Below are positions 1 through 14,814 of a stretch of DNA of 64,000 nt, piece after piece. Position numbers and translations under genes: made by a program. Positions within the stretch are counted from its first letter, which is position 1. Every line of letters starts with the position of its first letter. The notes under the pieces were generated by a model that was given only the letters and a program-made list of their open reading frames with translations, was not told the origin of the DNA and ran no database searches. The stretch comes from Eledone cirrhosa (taxonomy: Eukaryota): the NCBI GenBank assembly GCA_964016885.1, contig OZ024750.1:24428001-24492000 (forward strand), written 5' to 3'.

Positions 1-1010
1 TCTGTTTTTTCTTCTTTTTATCTTTTTCTTTATATTTTCCTATTTTACATTGCACTCAGTGCTCCAGTGGGAGCCCCTACATGGACACACTGGAAGAGGA
101 AGACCAAGGTTGATGCCCTAAGGACAGTCACTGGTCTGTTGGAGATGCAGGACATGGCAGCGATAATGAGGGACAGAGACCGCTGGAGAGAACTCGTCCA
201 TGGATCTCGGGAATTTTACCCGCCCTAGACATTCCATTCTTCTCAATCTAAATTTTCTTTTTTTTTTCTTTTTCTATTAAACTGTATTTACATGATATAT
301 TCCATAAATAAAATTACCCAAAAGTGTTAAGTTATGTTCCAAATACTAACTTAATAGTGAGAAAGTTAGTTATATTAGTAAATCCCTCCAAATTCATGAT
401 TATTTTCAAATTTAGTTGAAAAGCATAGGCAAAATATGGTAATTTAAACTGGCCATATCATACATATATATGTACATATGTATGTATGTCAGTATGTATG
501 TATGTCAGTATGTATGTATGTCAGTATGTATGTATGTATGTATGTATGTGTGTGTGTATGTCAATATGCATTTATGTGTTTATCTGACAGCAGTTTTTCT
601 GTTGAATAATAGCTTGATATTTTATGTATTACTTGTTGACAACTTTGCTAGCCAATCACACCCAACAATATGTCAGGCAGCATCTACTTGCTTCAAGGTC
701 ACCATTATGATCCTCAACTCTTTCTGTTCAAACCGGCTGTAACCAGCAGCTTATACTGATGTTAAGATATTGTACTCAAAATAAATAATATCAAAATCTC
801 ATAGATTCGATATTATAATTATGTGAGGTAGAGTCTTTACCACAAAAATATAATAGTAAATATAGAGTAATGTAAATGCTAAAGGGTTAAGTTATGTTCC
901 AAACACCAAGTTAATAATGATAAAGTTAGTTATGTTACTAAATCCCTCCAAATTCTTGATTATTTTCAAAATTAGTTGAAAAGCATAGGCAAAATATGGT
1001 AACAACTGGT

Positions 1011-1225
1011 TTAACCCTTTAGCATTTACATTACTCTATATTTACTATTATATTTTTACAGTAAAGGCTTTATCTCACATAATATTGAATGTATGAGGTT
1101 TTGATATTATTTACTTTGAGAACAATACATTAACATCAATATGAATGACCAGTTACAACTGGTTTGAGCTGAAAGAAGTGGTTAATTTTGGCCGGATATG
1201 GTTGGTTTAAATGCTTAAGGGTTAA
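1011..1225 (+). mobile_element. piggyBac-type MITE (~215 bp). Further copies at ~720-890(-), 33633-33850, 34358-34585, 36086-36301, 36298-36526, 43139-43545, 45973-46567(-), 62687-62870, 63939-end
   Basis: TTAA-CCCTTTAGCATTTA...TAAATGCT(A/T)AAGGG-TTAA: CCC/GGG termini with TTAA target sites and a conserved interior. Confidence 0.8.
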
Positions 1226-1294
1226 AGAGTTTTTATTTATCTAAAGTCCTTCCATCTGTGTGTGTGTTTGTGTGTGTATTAATCATTCCTCTGA

Positions 1295-1690
1295 CACCAT
1301 CACTACCACCACCGCTGCTACCACCACCACCACCATCACCACTACCACCACCACTGCTACCACCACCACCATCACAACTACCACCACCACCTCTACCACC
1401 ACCACCATCACCACTACCACCACCACCACCACCACCATCACCAGTACCACCATCACCACTACCGCTGCTACCACCACCACCACCACCACCATCACTGCCA
1501 CCACCGCTACTACTACCACCACCACCACCACCACCATCACTGCCACCACCGCTACTACTACCACCACCACCACCACCACTACCACTACCACTGCCACCAC
1601 CACCATCACCATTGCCACCACTGTTACTACCACCAACACCACCAACACCACCACCACCGCTACCACCACCACCACCACCACTACCATTAG
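1295..1690. repeat. (CAC)n-type low-complexity tract
   Basis: Trinucleotide repeat. Similar tracts at 48220-48555 (CAT/CAC) and 52950-53470 (GAT/GGT). Confidence 0.95.
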
Positions 1691-1974
1691 TAGTTATTAT
1701 AGTAGCCCCACTACTCAGTAATATTCAATAGAAAATCAAGAAGGGGGAGGGAAACAAGATAGGTAATATTACTAAATCAATACTGATTCCATTCCTCCTT
1801 CTCACTCATTCTCCCTCTGTCTCTCTTTCTCCCATCTGTCCCTCCTCTTTTTCTCTCTTTCTCTGTATGTATCTCTACATTTCTCATTGCTTTCATATCT
1901 CTCTCTCTCTCTCTCTTTCTGTTTATTTATATTTCTCTCTCTAGCCCTATCTCTCTCTCTCTCTCTCTCTCTTC

Positions 1975-2940
1975 CTCACTCTTTCTCCCCAAGTCTCTTT
2001 CTCTTCCAGCTTCTCCCTCCCTCACTCTTTCTTCCCAAGTCTCTCTCTCTTCCAGCTTCTCCCTCCCTCACTCTTTCTCCCCAAGTCTCTTTCTCTTCCA
2101 GCTTCTCCCTCCCTCACTCTTTCTTCCCAAGTCTCTCTCTCTTCCAGCTTCTCCCTCCCTCACTCTTTCTCCTCAAGTCTCTCTCTCTTCCAGCTTCTCT
2201 CTCCCTCACTCTTTCTTCCCAAGTCTCTCTCTCTTCCAGCTTCTCCCTCCCTCACTCTTTCTCCTCAAGTCTCTCTCTCTTCCAGCTTCTCCCTCCCTCA
2301 CTCTTTCTCCCCAAGTCTCTCTCTCTTCCAGCTTCTCCCTCCCTCACTCTTTCTCCCCAAGTCTCTCTCTCTTCCAGCTTCTCCCTCCCTCACTCTTTCT
2401 CCCCAAGTCTCTCTCTCTTCCAGCTTCTCCCTCCCTCACTCTTTCTCCCCAAGTCTCTCTCTCTTCCAGCTTCTCCCTCCCTCACTCTTTCTCCCCAAGT
2501 CTCTCTCTCTTCCAGCTTCTCCCTCCCTCACTCTTTCTCCCCAAGTCTCTCTCTCTTCCAGCTTCTCTCTCCCTCACTCTTTCTCCCCAAGTCTCTCTCT
2601 CTTCCAGCTTCTCCCTCCCTCACTCTTTCTCCCCAAGTCTCTCTCTCTTCCAGCTTCTCCCTCCCTCACTCTTTCTCCTCAAGTCTCTCTCTCTTCCAGC
2701 TTCTCCCTCCCTCACTCTTTCTCCCCAAGTCTCTCTCTCTTCCAGCTTCTCCCTCCCTCACTCTTTCTCCCCAAGTCTCTCTCTCTTCCAGCTTCTCTCT
2801 CCCTCACTCTTTCTCCCCAAGTCTCTTTCTCTTCCAGCTTCTCTCTCCCTCACTCTTTCTCCTCAAGTCACTTTCTCTTTCCCAGTTTCTCCCTCCCTCA
2901 CTCTTTCTCTCCAAGCCTCTCTCTCTCTCCCAGCTTCTCC
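1975..2940. repeat. 46-bp CT-rich minisatellite, ~20 copies
   Basis: AAGT recurs at 1991, 2037 and onwards; unit CTCACTCTTTCTCCCCAAGTCTCTCTCTCTTCCAGCTTCTCCCTCC. Confidence 0.95.
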
Positions 2941-5044
2941 CTCTTCTCTATCTCTCCCTCTCTCACTCTTTTTCTCCCAGTCTCTCTCCCTCTTCTAATC
3001 AGTCAGTCAGTCTATCTATCTATCAAGCTATAAAGCAATCAGTAAACCATTGTACATGTTGAATAGCTGACATTTCTAACTTCTCTAACATACATAGTGC
3101 ACACACACACACACACACAGATACACACACACACTGCCAGGGACACTGACACACACACACAAGGAAACACATACGGAAACACACACAGAAACACACACGC
3201 GTATATATATTAGTAGATACAGGGGGGGGGGACTCTTTTTTTTTTTATCTGTTAACGTTTCATTTTCTTACATTTTCTAATAACTCTACTATTCATTTCG
3301 AACAACCAAGTTCCTGTTCATAAATGTTTGCCCTAATTCTTTTTATTGATTAACTAATTATGCAATCTGCATCTGATGATGTCACCAGGGTCTTATGTAA
3401 CCAGGCCATTGAAATATATATATATATATATATAGTGTTTTTGCAACAATAAAACTTTAAAAGGATATGCTTAGTCTGGCTTCCTGTTATTTAATTTAAA
3501 TTAACATTTAACTCCGTTTAACTCCGTCCTACATCAGCCACAGAATTCAACACCAACAATGGATGAGTTGCATAACATAGAGTGCTTTTCCTACTATTAC
3601 ATCATGGTTAACTAAATGGAATGATCAGTTCTATCTATTGGTGAATCACAAAACATAAATATTTATACATACAGTAAAAGACTGATAGATATATATTTTT
3701 TTAAGCTGGTACAATGCAGTAGGAAAATATGAAGAGCAAATGATGACAAATAAAACAAAACAAAGTAATGTTTTACACAGTGTATTTTAGTATTATATTT
3801 CAGGGCTATTACCCTCTTTTCAGATGTGAAGCTGAAGCAGTTCAAGACAAAACAAATGAGTCATCAGAGTTTTATCCCCTTACTAGGATATGTGTTTGAC
3901 AAATGCACGTGTTGTTGCATTATGTTGCTTTAATGCATGTCATTCACTTGTTTTTTTAGTACCTCCTTTCAAGCAGGATAGAGATGGAGGACGTTTAATA
4001 CTGAAGCAAACATGTTTGTTGCTTTAGTGTTGGCTATTAGGTTGAACGCATATCGCTCACTTTCTTCACTTTCTTTATCTCTGATTCTTTCTCTCTTTGT
4101 TCATGTTTTGTTAACTCACTTGCTTAGTTCCATCTTTGGTTTTCAGTGTTCTATTTAATTTCCTGTGGGCTGACTTTTTCCTCAAATTCTCACTTCTTCA
4201 TTCTCTCTATTTTCTGTCATATTCTGTCATAGTGAAGACAATAACTCATGACAACCACCGTTACCACAGATTGACAAACAGACAAACAAACATATAAACA
4301 AATGAATATAGGTCCAAGTGTGAGGAAAACCTATTTCTGAGTCTAGGGAATTCATATGCCAAGTTTGAACATGATTGGTTGATTGGTTTTTAAGTGCAGA
4401 CAAATAAATGAGTTATTATATATATTGATATATGAACAGATCAATACAGAAATCAGGTCCATCCCATCCATATGGACCTGCAGCCAATCATTTACAAAAC
4501 ATATGTAGCAATCGATCATAAATGTATATGTGGTGTGGTAAATAAATATATCCATATATATTAGGTCTGAACATAGTTCTTTCTACTTTTGACACAAGGC
4601 CAGTAATTACCCCAGTGCATTACTGGTACTTTATTTTATCGATCCCGTAAGAATGAAAGGCAAAGTTAACCTCAGCAGGATTTGAACTCAGACCGTAAAG
4701 GGCCGTAACTCTGTGCTGCACAGCATAGCATCCGACCCTCTACCGATACTGCCAAATGAAACCATTTGGCAGTATTGGTAGATACTGAACATAATTGTTT
4801 CTACTTTTGGCACAAGGCTATCAAATGACCCAGTACATTACTGGTACTTTATTTTATCGACCCCGTAAGGATGAAAGGCAAAGTTAACCTCGGCGGGATT
4901 TGAACTCAGACCACAAAGGGACGTAACTATGCTGGAAAGCATGGCGTCCGACCCTCTACCGATACTGCCAATCCACCGCACTGAACATAATGGAATCAAA
5001 TTCCCATTGTAATGGCCACCATCTCCCTTCCTCTCCCCATCTAG

Positions 5045-5253
5045 CACTATTATAAGCAAATGGGGGTCCATGCGTTGGTCGTCCCATCGCCCAGGCAGAC
5101 AGAATAAAGAAGGTATATCCCTGGATGATGGCGAGGGAGGTGTTGGAAGATCCATTCCAGCTTGTGAGGCTCACACTTGCGGGTAGCCAACTCCGTGCTA
5201 ATGGTTGTGAGTAGAGAGGAGGTCCTAGGGCTAAAGACAGCAGAAGTTTCCAT
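5045..5253 (-). mobile_element. CRE-like non-LTR 3' fragment (single-copy homologue of the array source)
   Basis: METSAVFSPRTSSLLTTISTELATRKCEPHKLEWIFQH; shares the 3' end CCCATTTG(C/T)TTATAATAGTG with ~25207-25227. Confidence 0.7.
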
Positions 5254-5881
5254 TTTTTTTAAAAATTTGAAGCCTTAACTGTGAAAAAACGAACAGCAAA
5301 GAGTAAAAACTTCCAGCTTCTCCTCGCCATACTCAGAAAACTATAAGAGATTATTATGTCTACATTTCAGAGAGATTATTGTAGCCTCCTCACATACCTT
5401 AAGCTTATTCTCTTTTGCTGTTACTGCTGATGATGATGATGATGTTGATTGTTCAAAACAACATGACCACAGACACACACACACGCACTCTCCTAACCAT
5501 TCTACCACCACAACCACAACCACCACCACGACCACCACACACAAATCTCTATATTTATACATCATGTTTACTGTTGACTTTATTGGTGGGCTGGTTAATT
5601 TGATGAAATGCCAACATATATATACACATATACACATGTATACACACATGTATATATGAACGAATGCATGTGCACACATACATTCACATCTAAACACCCC
5701 CCCACGCACACACATATATATATATATATACATGCATGCATATATGCATACACACATTCAGACGTCTGTACATATGTATGTACATATGTATGTATGTATG
5801 TATGTATGTACATATATAAACATTTAGATTTAGATATGATATATTGTATAACACACATTCAGAATATATATATATATATGT

Positions 5882-5982
5882 ACAGGGTGTCCCCAAAAAT
5901 TGTATACATACTTTGATTACCTATACAGGTAATATTTATTAGAATGGTGTTGACGTGTGTATACATTTTTTAGGATACCCTG
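5882..5982. mobile_element. Tc1/mariner-type MITE in a TA tract
   Basis: TA-CAGGGTGTCCCCAAAAATTGTATACA / TGTATACATTTTTTAGGATACCCTG-TA. Confidence 0.75.
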
Positions 5983-6098
<116 letters not shown>

Positions 6099-6639
6099 CG
6101 TGTATGTGTAAGTGGGTGTGTGTGTGTATGTCTACGTCATTTGCAGTTAGCTGTTTACCACTCAGTAAATAATTGCCTTGATTAGACAAGTTAACATTTT
6201 CGTTTTAAGGTTCATGTATGCCTACCACACACATACATAAACATATAAGTCACACATATGTACACATATACACACATTCTCGTTCTTGCACACACACACA
6301 CACACATATATATATATGTATATTCTCTTACATATGCACATACATATATATACACACACATACATGCATACACTCATACATACATACACACACATACATA
6401 CATGCATACACTCATACACATACATTGTCTCTCATACACACAGCCACAAATACACACTCACTCTCTCACTCACATATACATACTTCCATGCACACACATA
6501 CTGATACACATATGAACATACACACACTCTCACACACACACACATACTTGTACAATGACACAGTCACAAATACACATACAGTCTTATTAACATTACTGGC
6601 TGGGCCTCATGCCGTCAAAAATGTTGGCTAATTGTGATA

Positions 6640-7338
6640 TCTATACATAATATAAAAAAGAGATGTTTGTTTGTTTCCTTCACGCCCACTCAAACAAGTG
6701 ATACACACATACAAACACACAGCTGTGACGAATCTTAACATGCTGGACTTCAAAAGTTTCTCACCTGCCCCTTCCTGAGTCATCACATAGATGTGTGTAT
6801 ATTAGACACCCCTTCCTTTGTCAGTCGACATAATTACCCCTTCCTTCCTCTGTCGACGTAATTACCCCTTACTTTGTCAGTCGACATAATCACCCCTTCC
6901 TTCCTCAGTCAACATAACTAACTACCCCTTCCTTCCCCAGTCGACATAATTACCCCTTCCTTCCTCAGTCAACATAACTACCCCTTACTTTGTCAGTCGA
7001 CATAATCACCCCTTCCTCAGTCAACATAATTACCCCTTCCTTCCCCAGTCGACATAATTACCCCTTCCTTCCTCAGTTGACATAATCACCCCTTCCTTCT
7101 TCTGTCAAAGTTATCACCCCTTCCTTCCTCAGTCAACATAATTACCCCTTCCTTCCTCAGTCGATATAATCACCCCTTCCTTCGTCAGTTGATATAATCA
7201 CCCCTTCCTTCCTCAGTCAACATAATTACCCCTTCCTTCCCCAGTCGACATAATCACCCCTTCCTTCGTCAGTTGACGTAATCACCCCTTCCTTCTTCTG
7301 TCAAAGTTATCACCCCTTCCTTCCTCAGTCATCTCTAG
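6640..7338 (+). mobile_element. Helitron-like element containing a ~28-bp minisatellite (6810-7330)
   Basis: 5' A|TCTATACATAATATAAAAAG..TGTTTGTTTGTTT; 3' CTAG|T; internal unit CAGTCRACATAATYACCCCTTCCTTCCT. Confidence 0.45.
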
Positions 7339-7439
7339 TGTGTGACGGACAAATACACAAGGCTATTATATTAGTAGATGATTGTGATCTGCTGTTCTAC
7401 AGCCCTAAACATCTCCTCCACCACCACCATCACCAGCAC

Positions 7440-8135
7440 TACCACCATCACCACCATCACTATCAGTGGGCGGACATTTCTCTCCTTAGGCTGTCCCTAC
7501 AGTCTACGCCTTCTCATCCAGTTATGCGTCCCATTCTCCCAAGTAAAATATTTTCAACTTACAATTTCAAACACTTCTTCTTCACCCAGTTATTCCTGAG
7601 AGGGTCGTGGGGTCGTGGGGGGAGAGTCCTCAAACACTCCCTCATGCAGATCCTGTCAGAAGCAACCATTCTCAACTGATTTGGCTAGATCCCCAGGTAT
7701 GACCAGCCAAGCTCATGAATGTTATCCAACCATCTTCTCGGGGTCTACCCCTGGATCTCTTGCCATTTGGTTTTGCCCATATAATCTGTCCAGCGATTCT
7801 TTCCTGAGATATTCTAGCCACATGCCCATAGTATCGGAGCTGTGATCTCTCAATTCGGAGAAGTAACAGCTCTACCTGGAATGACTCTCTGATCGCCGAG
7901 GTATTCACTCTATCGAGTAACATTATTCCAAAGACCCTCCTCCTCGAAGGAGGACCCTCATTTCGGCTGATTGCATTCGCGATCGTATTCTTTCGGTCAT
8001 GACCAAAGATTCATGACCATAGGTAAGGGTTGGCATGAATACCAAATTGAAGATAGCGAGTTTGGCTTTTACACCTTCTGATTACCGAATGCTAAAGATG
8101 ATGCATTACTGCACCAGCTCCTGCTATTCTTGCCC
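7440..8135 (-). mobile_element. LINE (RTE-like) 3' fragment; related pieces at ~57190-57515 and ~60660-61045
   Basis: IERSQLRYYGHVARISQERIAGQIIWAKPNGKRSRGRPR; the same nucleotide blocks recur in the other copies. Confidence 0.7.
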
Positions 8136-9486
8136 TTAATAATTATTACATATTTAATAATTATTAAATATATCTGTCTTTAATCACTGGAAATTACTTT
8201 GCCTGCATTTTCCACTACACAGTCCACACTCACACATGCCATGTAACAGGTCATAACACCATACAACCCTCTCCACCACTTATATAACACCACTTCTATA
8301 ACACTGCTATGCAAATATTTATAGCAATCATCCGAATCGAACCAGAAAAGGATGAAAGGTGAAGTCGACTTCAGCGGGATTTGAACTCAAAGTATAGAGA
8401 CCCAGAACAGACACTACATGTAATCACATTCAATGCTCTATCAAATTTTGGTGGATTCACACCATTATCACCATTGCCATCTCGGTTTCAAACTGCAACA
8501 AGCAGCCGACACATTTACAATCGCTTGTTGCTGTTTCATCACCTACTCTTACTCCTACTCTTTCTCTTTATCTTGCTACTTCCTTTCTTCTCTTCTCTTA
8601 CACTTTATCTACTCGTTTTTTTCCTTTTCTTCCCCCTCTATCTATTTGTACGTCACTCACTCTCTCTCTCTGATCCATATATAACACACACTCTCTCTCT
8701 TCTCTAATATTCACTCCCTTGACCTTTCTCTTTTTCTCCCTTCATTGTCTTGTTAAGTCGTCTGCTTGTATAGCTCTCTCTCGCTCTCCATCAGTCTTTC
8801 TCTCCTTCTCTAACATTCACTCTCTTTCTTTCTCTTTTGCTCTATTTCTCCCTCTCTCTCTGATCCATATGTAACCCACTCTCTTTTCTAATATTCACTT
8901 TCTATATCCTTGTCTTTATCATGCGTCATGTTAAGTCGTCTGCTTTTTTAGATTCTCCCCTCTGTCTGTCTCTGTTCTCTCTATCTTTCATTCTTTCTCT
9001 CTTTTGCTCTCTCCCTCTCTCTAATCCAGCAACCTTTTATCTCTAATTCCTTTCTCATTCTCTCTTTCATTTCTTTCTCCCCCATCTTCTCTGATCCAGC
9101 CACCTTTTATAGTCAACTCCTTTCTCTCTCTCTCCCCCTGTTGCTCTACTCTCTTTCTCTCACTTTGTATCGCTCCACTCTAATCTACACTCTTTCTCTT
9201 CCACCTCTCCTTTTCTCTCTCTCTGTTACTTCTTCTCTCATGCCCTTCTATCACCCTCTCTCGCTGTTGCTTCATTCTCACTATTTTCTTCCCCTCTTTT
9301 CCACATCGCTTCACTCTCTCTGTCACTTATCTCTTTTCCTATTCTTTCTCTATCGTTTTACTCTTTTTCTTTATCTCTCCCTGATCCAGAGACCTTCTCT
9401 TTTCTCCGCCCACGACTACTCACCTCTCTCTCTCTCTGTCACTACCACTCAGTCCTTCACTCTACTCATTCAGTCTTGTGTTAGTA

Positions 9487-9718
9487 ATGAAAGCTGCAGG
9501 GTTGCTGGCTGATGTAGCAGCAGCAACAACAGACAAAAACGGCGGGAGATGTAGTGACAACGGTCACTTCTCCACCACCTCCTCCTCCTCTACCTCCCCC
9601 TCTACCTTATCATCGCCAATAACACCTTTGTCATCGTGTCAACACGATGACAAAGGTGACAGAAGGATTACTAAGCAAGCCAGTCCCAACACTCCTCTAC
9701 GCCAAACACGGAAGACCA
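9487..9718 (+). CDS. Candidate upstream coding exon of the ANO8 gene (Ser/Thr/Pro-rich N-terminus)
   Basis: Non-repetitive ORF from ATG 9487 (MKAAGLLADV...RQTRKT) ending at a consensus donor A|GTAAGT (9719-9724) in phase 1. Splicing to 61926 gives A+CT=Thr in frame. A long pyrimidine tract and possible acceptor CAG (9471-9473) lie upstream. No homology recognised. Confidence 0.55.
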
Positions 9719-11045
9719 GTAAGTGATCGTTAATACTCCTTCCTCTCGTCTTTGACTCTTACTCTCCCCTCATCAGTGTGTCACTTGTGGTGGATAATGG
9801 TAGTGGTGGCCACGGTAGGAGTTTTAGATAAGGTTAAACGGTATAAGCCACTCGATTACATGTATTACATATATAATAACTTCGGTTTCTGTTTTAGGCT
9901 GTTTTTCTATCTGTTTATCTATCTATCTATCTAACTATCTATCAGAATGGATGCAGTAAAAACCAATTAGACCATTACCCAGCAGCGTACTCGATACTTG
10001 GGGTAGTAGAGTGGGTAATATGAAAAATTCGGGACCCCGATGGCCGAGCACCTGCCTTATCAACAGCTAGATCTGAAAGCCGTCGGGGGTCCCGAATTTT
10101 TCATAACTAGCTATCAATCAATCTATCTATTTATCTGTCTGTCTGTCTGTCATATAAACAGCTGGTTCACACAAAAAACATGTTAATTCTTATTAACATT
10201 GGCAAAAGGCCAGCAATTTGGAGGAAAAACAAAGTCAATTATATCTACCTTCAATACTTGACTAGAACTTTATTTTACCGCCCTCAGAAGGATGAAAAGT
10301 AAAGTTGACATCGGCAGGAATAATTAAGCATTGTTTTCACACCTGTAAATAAAGTGATTAGTTTATTGGGAAGAGATCTGAGGAATGATATTGTAAAAAC
10401 ATGCATACTTTTCTCCAAAGTACTAACAACATAAATGAGAAATCGAGGCATAAATGCCAATGCAACTAATTATTTCCTCGTGATAACAAAATAATTATGT
10501 TAAACTTTCGTTTCAAGATCACTTCCGGTAATTTCCGTGAGTGAAAGTGAGATTTATAATTAAAAAAAAAGCAACTTTACCAACGTGATCGAAAATGTGT
10601 CTCTGTAAAATATACATTAAGTGGGGACTCTAAACTGTAGTAATCTCATCTTGCGTATAATTGAACACTGTACACAATAATTTCATTTGACGCATAGAGT
10701 TACGGCCCTTGCCATTCTGAGTTCGAATCCCGCCGAGGTTAACTTTGCCTTTCATCCTTACGGGGTCGATAAAACAAAGTACCAGTAATGCACTGGGTAA
10801 TTGTGCCAAAAAGTAGAAACAATTATTATTATTACAGGCACCGACCGTTGAGGAATTAACAACACACGCCCGGTGGCCCCTGTATCAACAAAAATAAACC
10901 TTTTCCAAATCTAAAAGATTTTTTATTATAATATTTCATTGTTTTATAGGTTTACCGTTTGAGAAGCTCAGGCTGTCATAACTAATAGTCCTCAGTGAAA
11001 TATACTTTACGGATTTTACTACAAACCAAATAAATATTGCCTCGG

Positions 11046-11160
<115 letters not shown>

Positions 11161-12418
11161 TATATATGCACACACACATAAGACAACATGGCTAGTTTTG
11201 TCCCCCTCCCCTGACTTTATTTCCTTATAGCTTTCTTATTAATAACAACAATAATGCATATTTTGCAGAGATACATTTTCGAAGTTGTTGGTTACAATTA
11301 TGTTGATAAAACAAACAAACTAAAAATACAACTTCTATTCACAAAAATGATCAGATGTTGATTGTGATCATAAAACGAAAGATTACCTTACTTTATGTTT
11401 TACACTGCCACCACCACCACCACTATGAAAGTTGTTGCTTTAATTTACATTAAGTGATGTCATATACATCACGGGCTAACATAAAAAGGCGTGGAGACGA
11501 TCTTACCTTTGTATTTTTCATAAGACTTTTTTAATTATTTTCTTTGTGTTTCAGTTTTTTTTCCCACCCGAAGTATTGTTATTTATTTGTTAACAAAATA
11601 CACAGAATCTCGCCGGGTGTAAGCTAAACTGTAATCTGATTTAGAACCGGATATCATTCACAATGGATCTCGTTTCAGTAATATTTTATTAATCGGTTCA
11701 ATTCACTGATTTATTTACATACAAGCATACATATATATGTACTTACGTATATATTTTTACACACATACATACCCGTATATTTGTATATGCATGTATGTAT
11801 GTATATATATATATTAAAGTTTTATTCATAGTTGTATAAATAACATTACAAATCGCTTGCAATTCTTTCAGAATGAAAATATAAACAGAGCATATAAATA
11901 AATTTACAGTAGAATAACATAACAAATATGTTTTAAATATATACATAAATAACATTACAAATGCTTAGATAACATTCCCGCCGAGGTTAACTTTGCCTTT
12001 CATCCTTACGGGGTCGATAAAATAAAGTACCAGTCACGCATTGGGGTCGATTTAATCGACTTTCCCCTCCCCCAAAATTGCTGGCCTTGTGCCTATTTAA
12101 GAAACAATTATAAATTGTTCGCGATTCATTCAGAAAGATATATTCCTTTAATGTTACAATGTTAAAGAAAATGTAAAGGAAGGGGTGAACAACCGAGCCA
12201 ACACCAGAGCAAAAGACAGCAACGTCACGAGGAGTACTGGACAACCTCTCTAATGATTTTTTAGGCAAGCCAGCACACTCGCAGCGTTGCCTCGGGTGAT
12301 GGCGAGGCTGATGCGCTGAAACAGCCAAGCGCCCTCGCGAGATATATATTGTTATACTTGGGGAGGGTCATATTGTTGTAATAGTATTGCCAGAAATAAT
12401 AATAACAGAACACACTCA

Positions 12419-12455
<37 letters not shown>

Positions 12456-12765
12456 GTGTCCGGAACAACGTTAAGACTCTTTTCCTATATCGAACATAAA
12501 ACTAATACATTTCTTCATTTGCTTTGTTATGTCTGTTTGTCTTTTGCATATATATATATAATCATTAACTTTGCCTTTCATCCTTACCGGGTCGATAAAA
12601 TAAAGTACCAGTTATGAACTGAGTAATTGCTGGCCTTGTGCCAAAAGTAGAAACAATTATTATTATTATTAAGTTTAATAAAATGAATATTTAAACTGTA
12701 CTTCGGTATTGAGTACTCTTTTCTCTCAGCCACCAAACACATACGCCGCGGTCGGGATTTTATAT

Positions 12766-13354
12766 ATCTATATCTCCTTATAATATATAACCAGCAATTT
12801 CTCTGTTTGTCTATCTGTCCGACAGCAGAATCACGTGCGCACGTGCGAATGTTTTTTGCGCACGCGTAGAGAGAGAGTGTGAGAGGGGGATAGCGGGAGG
12901 GAGAGAGAGAGAGTGAATAGACGCGAAAACACATGCGCGCGTGCGAATGTTTTTTGCGCACGCGGAGAGTGAGAGTGAAAGAAAGAGACAGACTACAAGA
13001 GGGGGATAGCGGGAGGGAGAGAGGGGGGAATTGAGGAGTGCTACAGAAACATATATACATTTCTGTGTGTGTGTAAGATATATATATATACACACACAGA
13101 AATATATATATATACACACAGAAATATATATACATTTCTGTGTGTGTAATATATATATATATATACACACAGAAATATATATACATTTCTGTGTGTGTAA
13201 TATATATTTATATACACACACAGAAATATATATACATTTCTGTGTGTGTAATATATATTTATATACACACACAGAAATATATATATACATTTCTGTGTGT
13301 GTAATATATATATATACTAGCAGAAAACCACCCGATGGGCGGTTTTCTGCTAGT
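12766..13354 (+). mobile_element. Non-autonomous Helitron-like element with internal repeats
   Basis: 5' A|TCTATATCTCCTTATAATATA followed by TGTTTGTCTATCTGTCC. 3' hairpin CTAGCAGAAAACC..GGTTTTCTGCTAG|T. Internal ~110-bp duplication and ~45-bp ACACAGAAAT..ATTTCTGTGT repeats. Confidence 0.45.
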
Positions 13355-13575
13355 CCATCTATCTATCATATATGTGTGTTTGTCTGTATGCATTTATGCT
13401 TAACATGTGCAACATATAAAAACGAACGGGAAAACGATGATAATACATAACACATGTAGTATATGAATAAATAAATTACGAATTAAGAAAGGATTTTAGA
13501 AACAAGGTCCATTATCAATGACGCTCTTATTTACGCCCGTACTTAATAATTCCATTATTATTCTCTCTCTCTCTC

Positions 13576-13621
<46 letters not shown>

Positions 13622-13627
<6 letters not shown>

Positions 13628-13804
13628 TGTAATAAACAACATAAGGCAATTATTTCATTTACCAGTGGTTTCTTAAAAGCAAACAAATTTTGCTTTCAAT
13701 CATCAGAATGAAAAACATTCTGATGATTGAAACCAAAATTTGTTTGCTTTTAAGAAACCACTGGTAAATGGAATAATTGCCTTATGTTGTTTATTACATA
13801 ACTA
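13622..13804. repeat. Near-perfect palindrome (~89-bp arms, 5-nt loop) abutting (TA)n
   Basis: TAGTTATGTAATAAACAAC...CATCAGAATG aaaaa CATTCTGATGATTGAAA...GTTGTTTATTACATAACTA. Confidence 0.85.
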
Positions 13805-13866
13805 TTAAGCTCTGTTACCTACATAGAGCACTCTTTTTTCCTGGACTTTTCCGACGGAATTACTTC

Positions 13867-13972
<106 letters not shown>

Positions 13973-14752
13973 GCTGCTCCTAGCTGTGTGACATGTGTAA
14001 CAACAACAAATATATTTCTTCTGGTCCCACCTCATTGCTCACCTGATAAACGCATGTCTTCCTGGATCTGGTGCCAACATTTTCTCGTTGTTATTTCTTT
14101 TACGTTTGCTGTAAATAATATTAAAATCGTTTCACCTTTCGTAACCATATTTATGATAAAAAAAACAAACAATTTATAACTTTAGTAACATAACTAAATT
14201 TCTCATTATTAAGTTGGTGTTTGGAATATAAAGGTTCTGTTTGATAAATATAAACACTTTTGTATTAAAGAAGCAGGGGTAGTCTCACGCGGGTTGGTAT
14301 CAAAACGGTTAAAAAAACAGTGCATGTTATGAAGGCATGTAGCTTAGTGGTTAAGGTGTTTTGCTCACGATTATAAGGTGGCGAGTTCGATTTCCGACAG
14401 CGCATTGTTTCCTCGAACAAGACATTTTATTTTACATTAGTCCAGCCCACTCAGCTGGCAATAAGTTCTACCTGTAATTCAAAGGGCCAGGTGAGAACTG
14501 TGCTGGTAATTCAAAGGTCCAGCCTTGTCTCACACTGAATCTCCTTAAGAACTACGTTATGGGTGAACGCGTCTGTTGGAGTGTGCAGACACTTGCACGC
14601 AAAATTTACGAGCATGAAGTTCCGATGTTCATACAACAGGAACACTCGTCGTCGAAACCGACGGAGATTCAACAATGTGTGTGTGTTTAAATTTAAGAAT
14701 ATATACGTTTATATGTTTCCTTTACACATGCATTCATACGCATACATATAAT

Positions 14753-14814
<62 letters not shown>

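Noticed and set aside
1258-3062. Long ORFs (poly-Pro/Thr; 391-aa Ser/Leu/Pro)
   Set aside because: Translations of (CAC)n and the 46-bp CT minisatellite; they stay open only because the repeats lack stops.
3815-4320. Possible extra exons after pyrimidine tracts (TTTTCAG ~3823, TCATAG ~4232)
   Set aside because: No convincing donor, ORF or homology; cannot be supported without transcripts.
12300-12340. GCGAGG-CTGATG-CGCT-GAAAC...CCTCGC hammerhead-like string
   Set aside because: Lacks A9 and a proper UH site; too degenerate to call.
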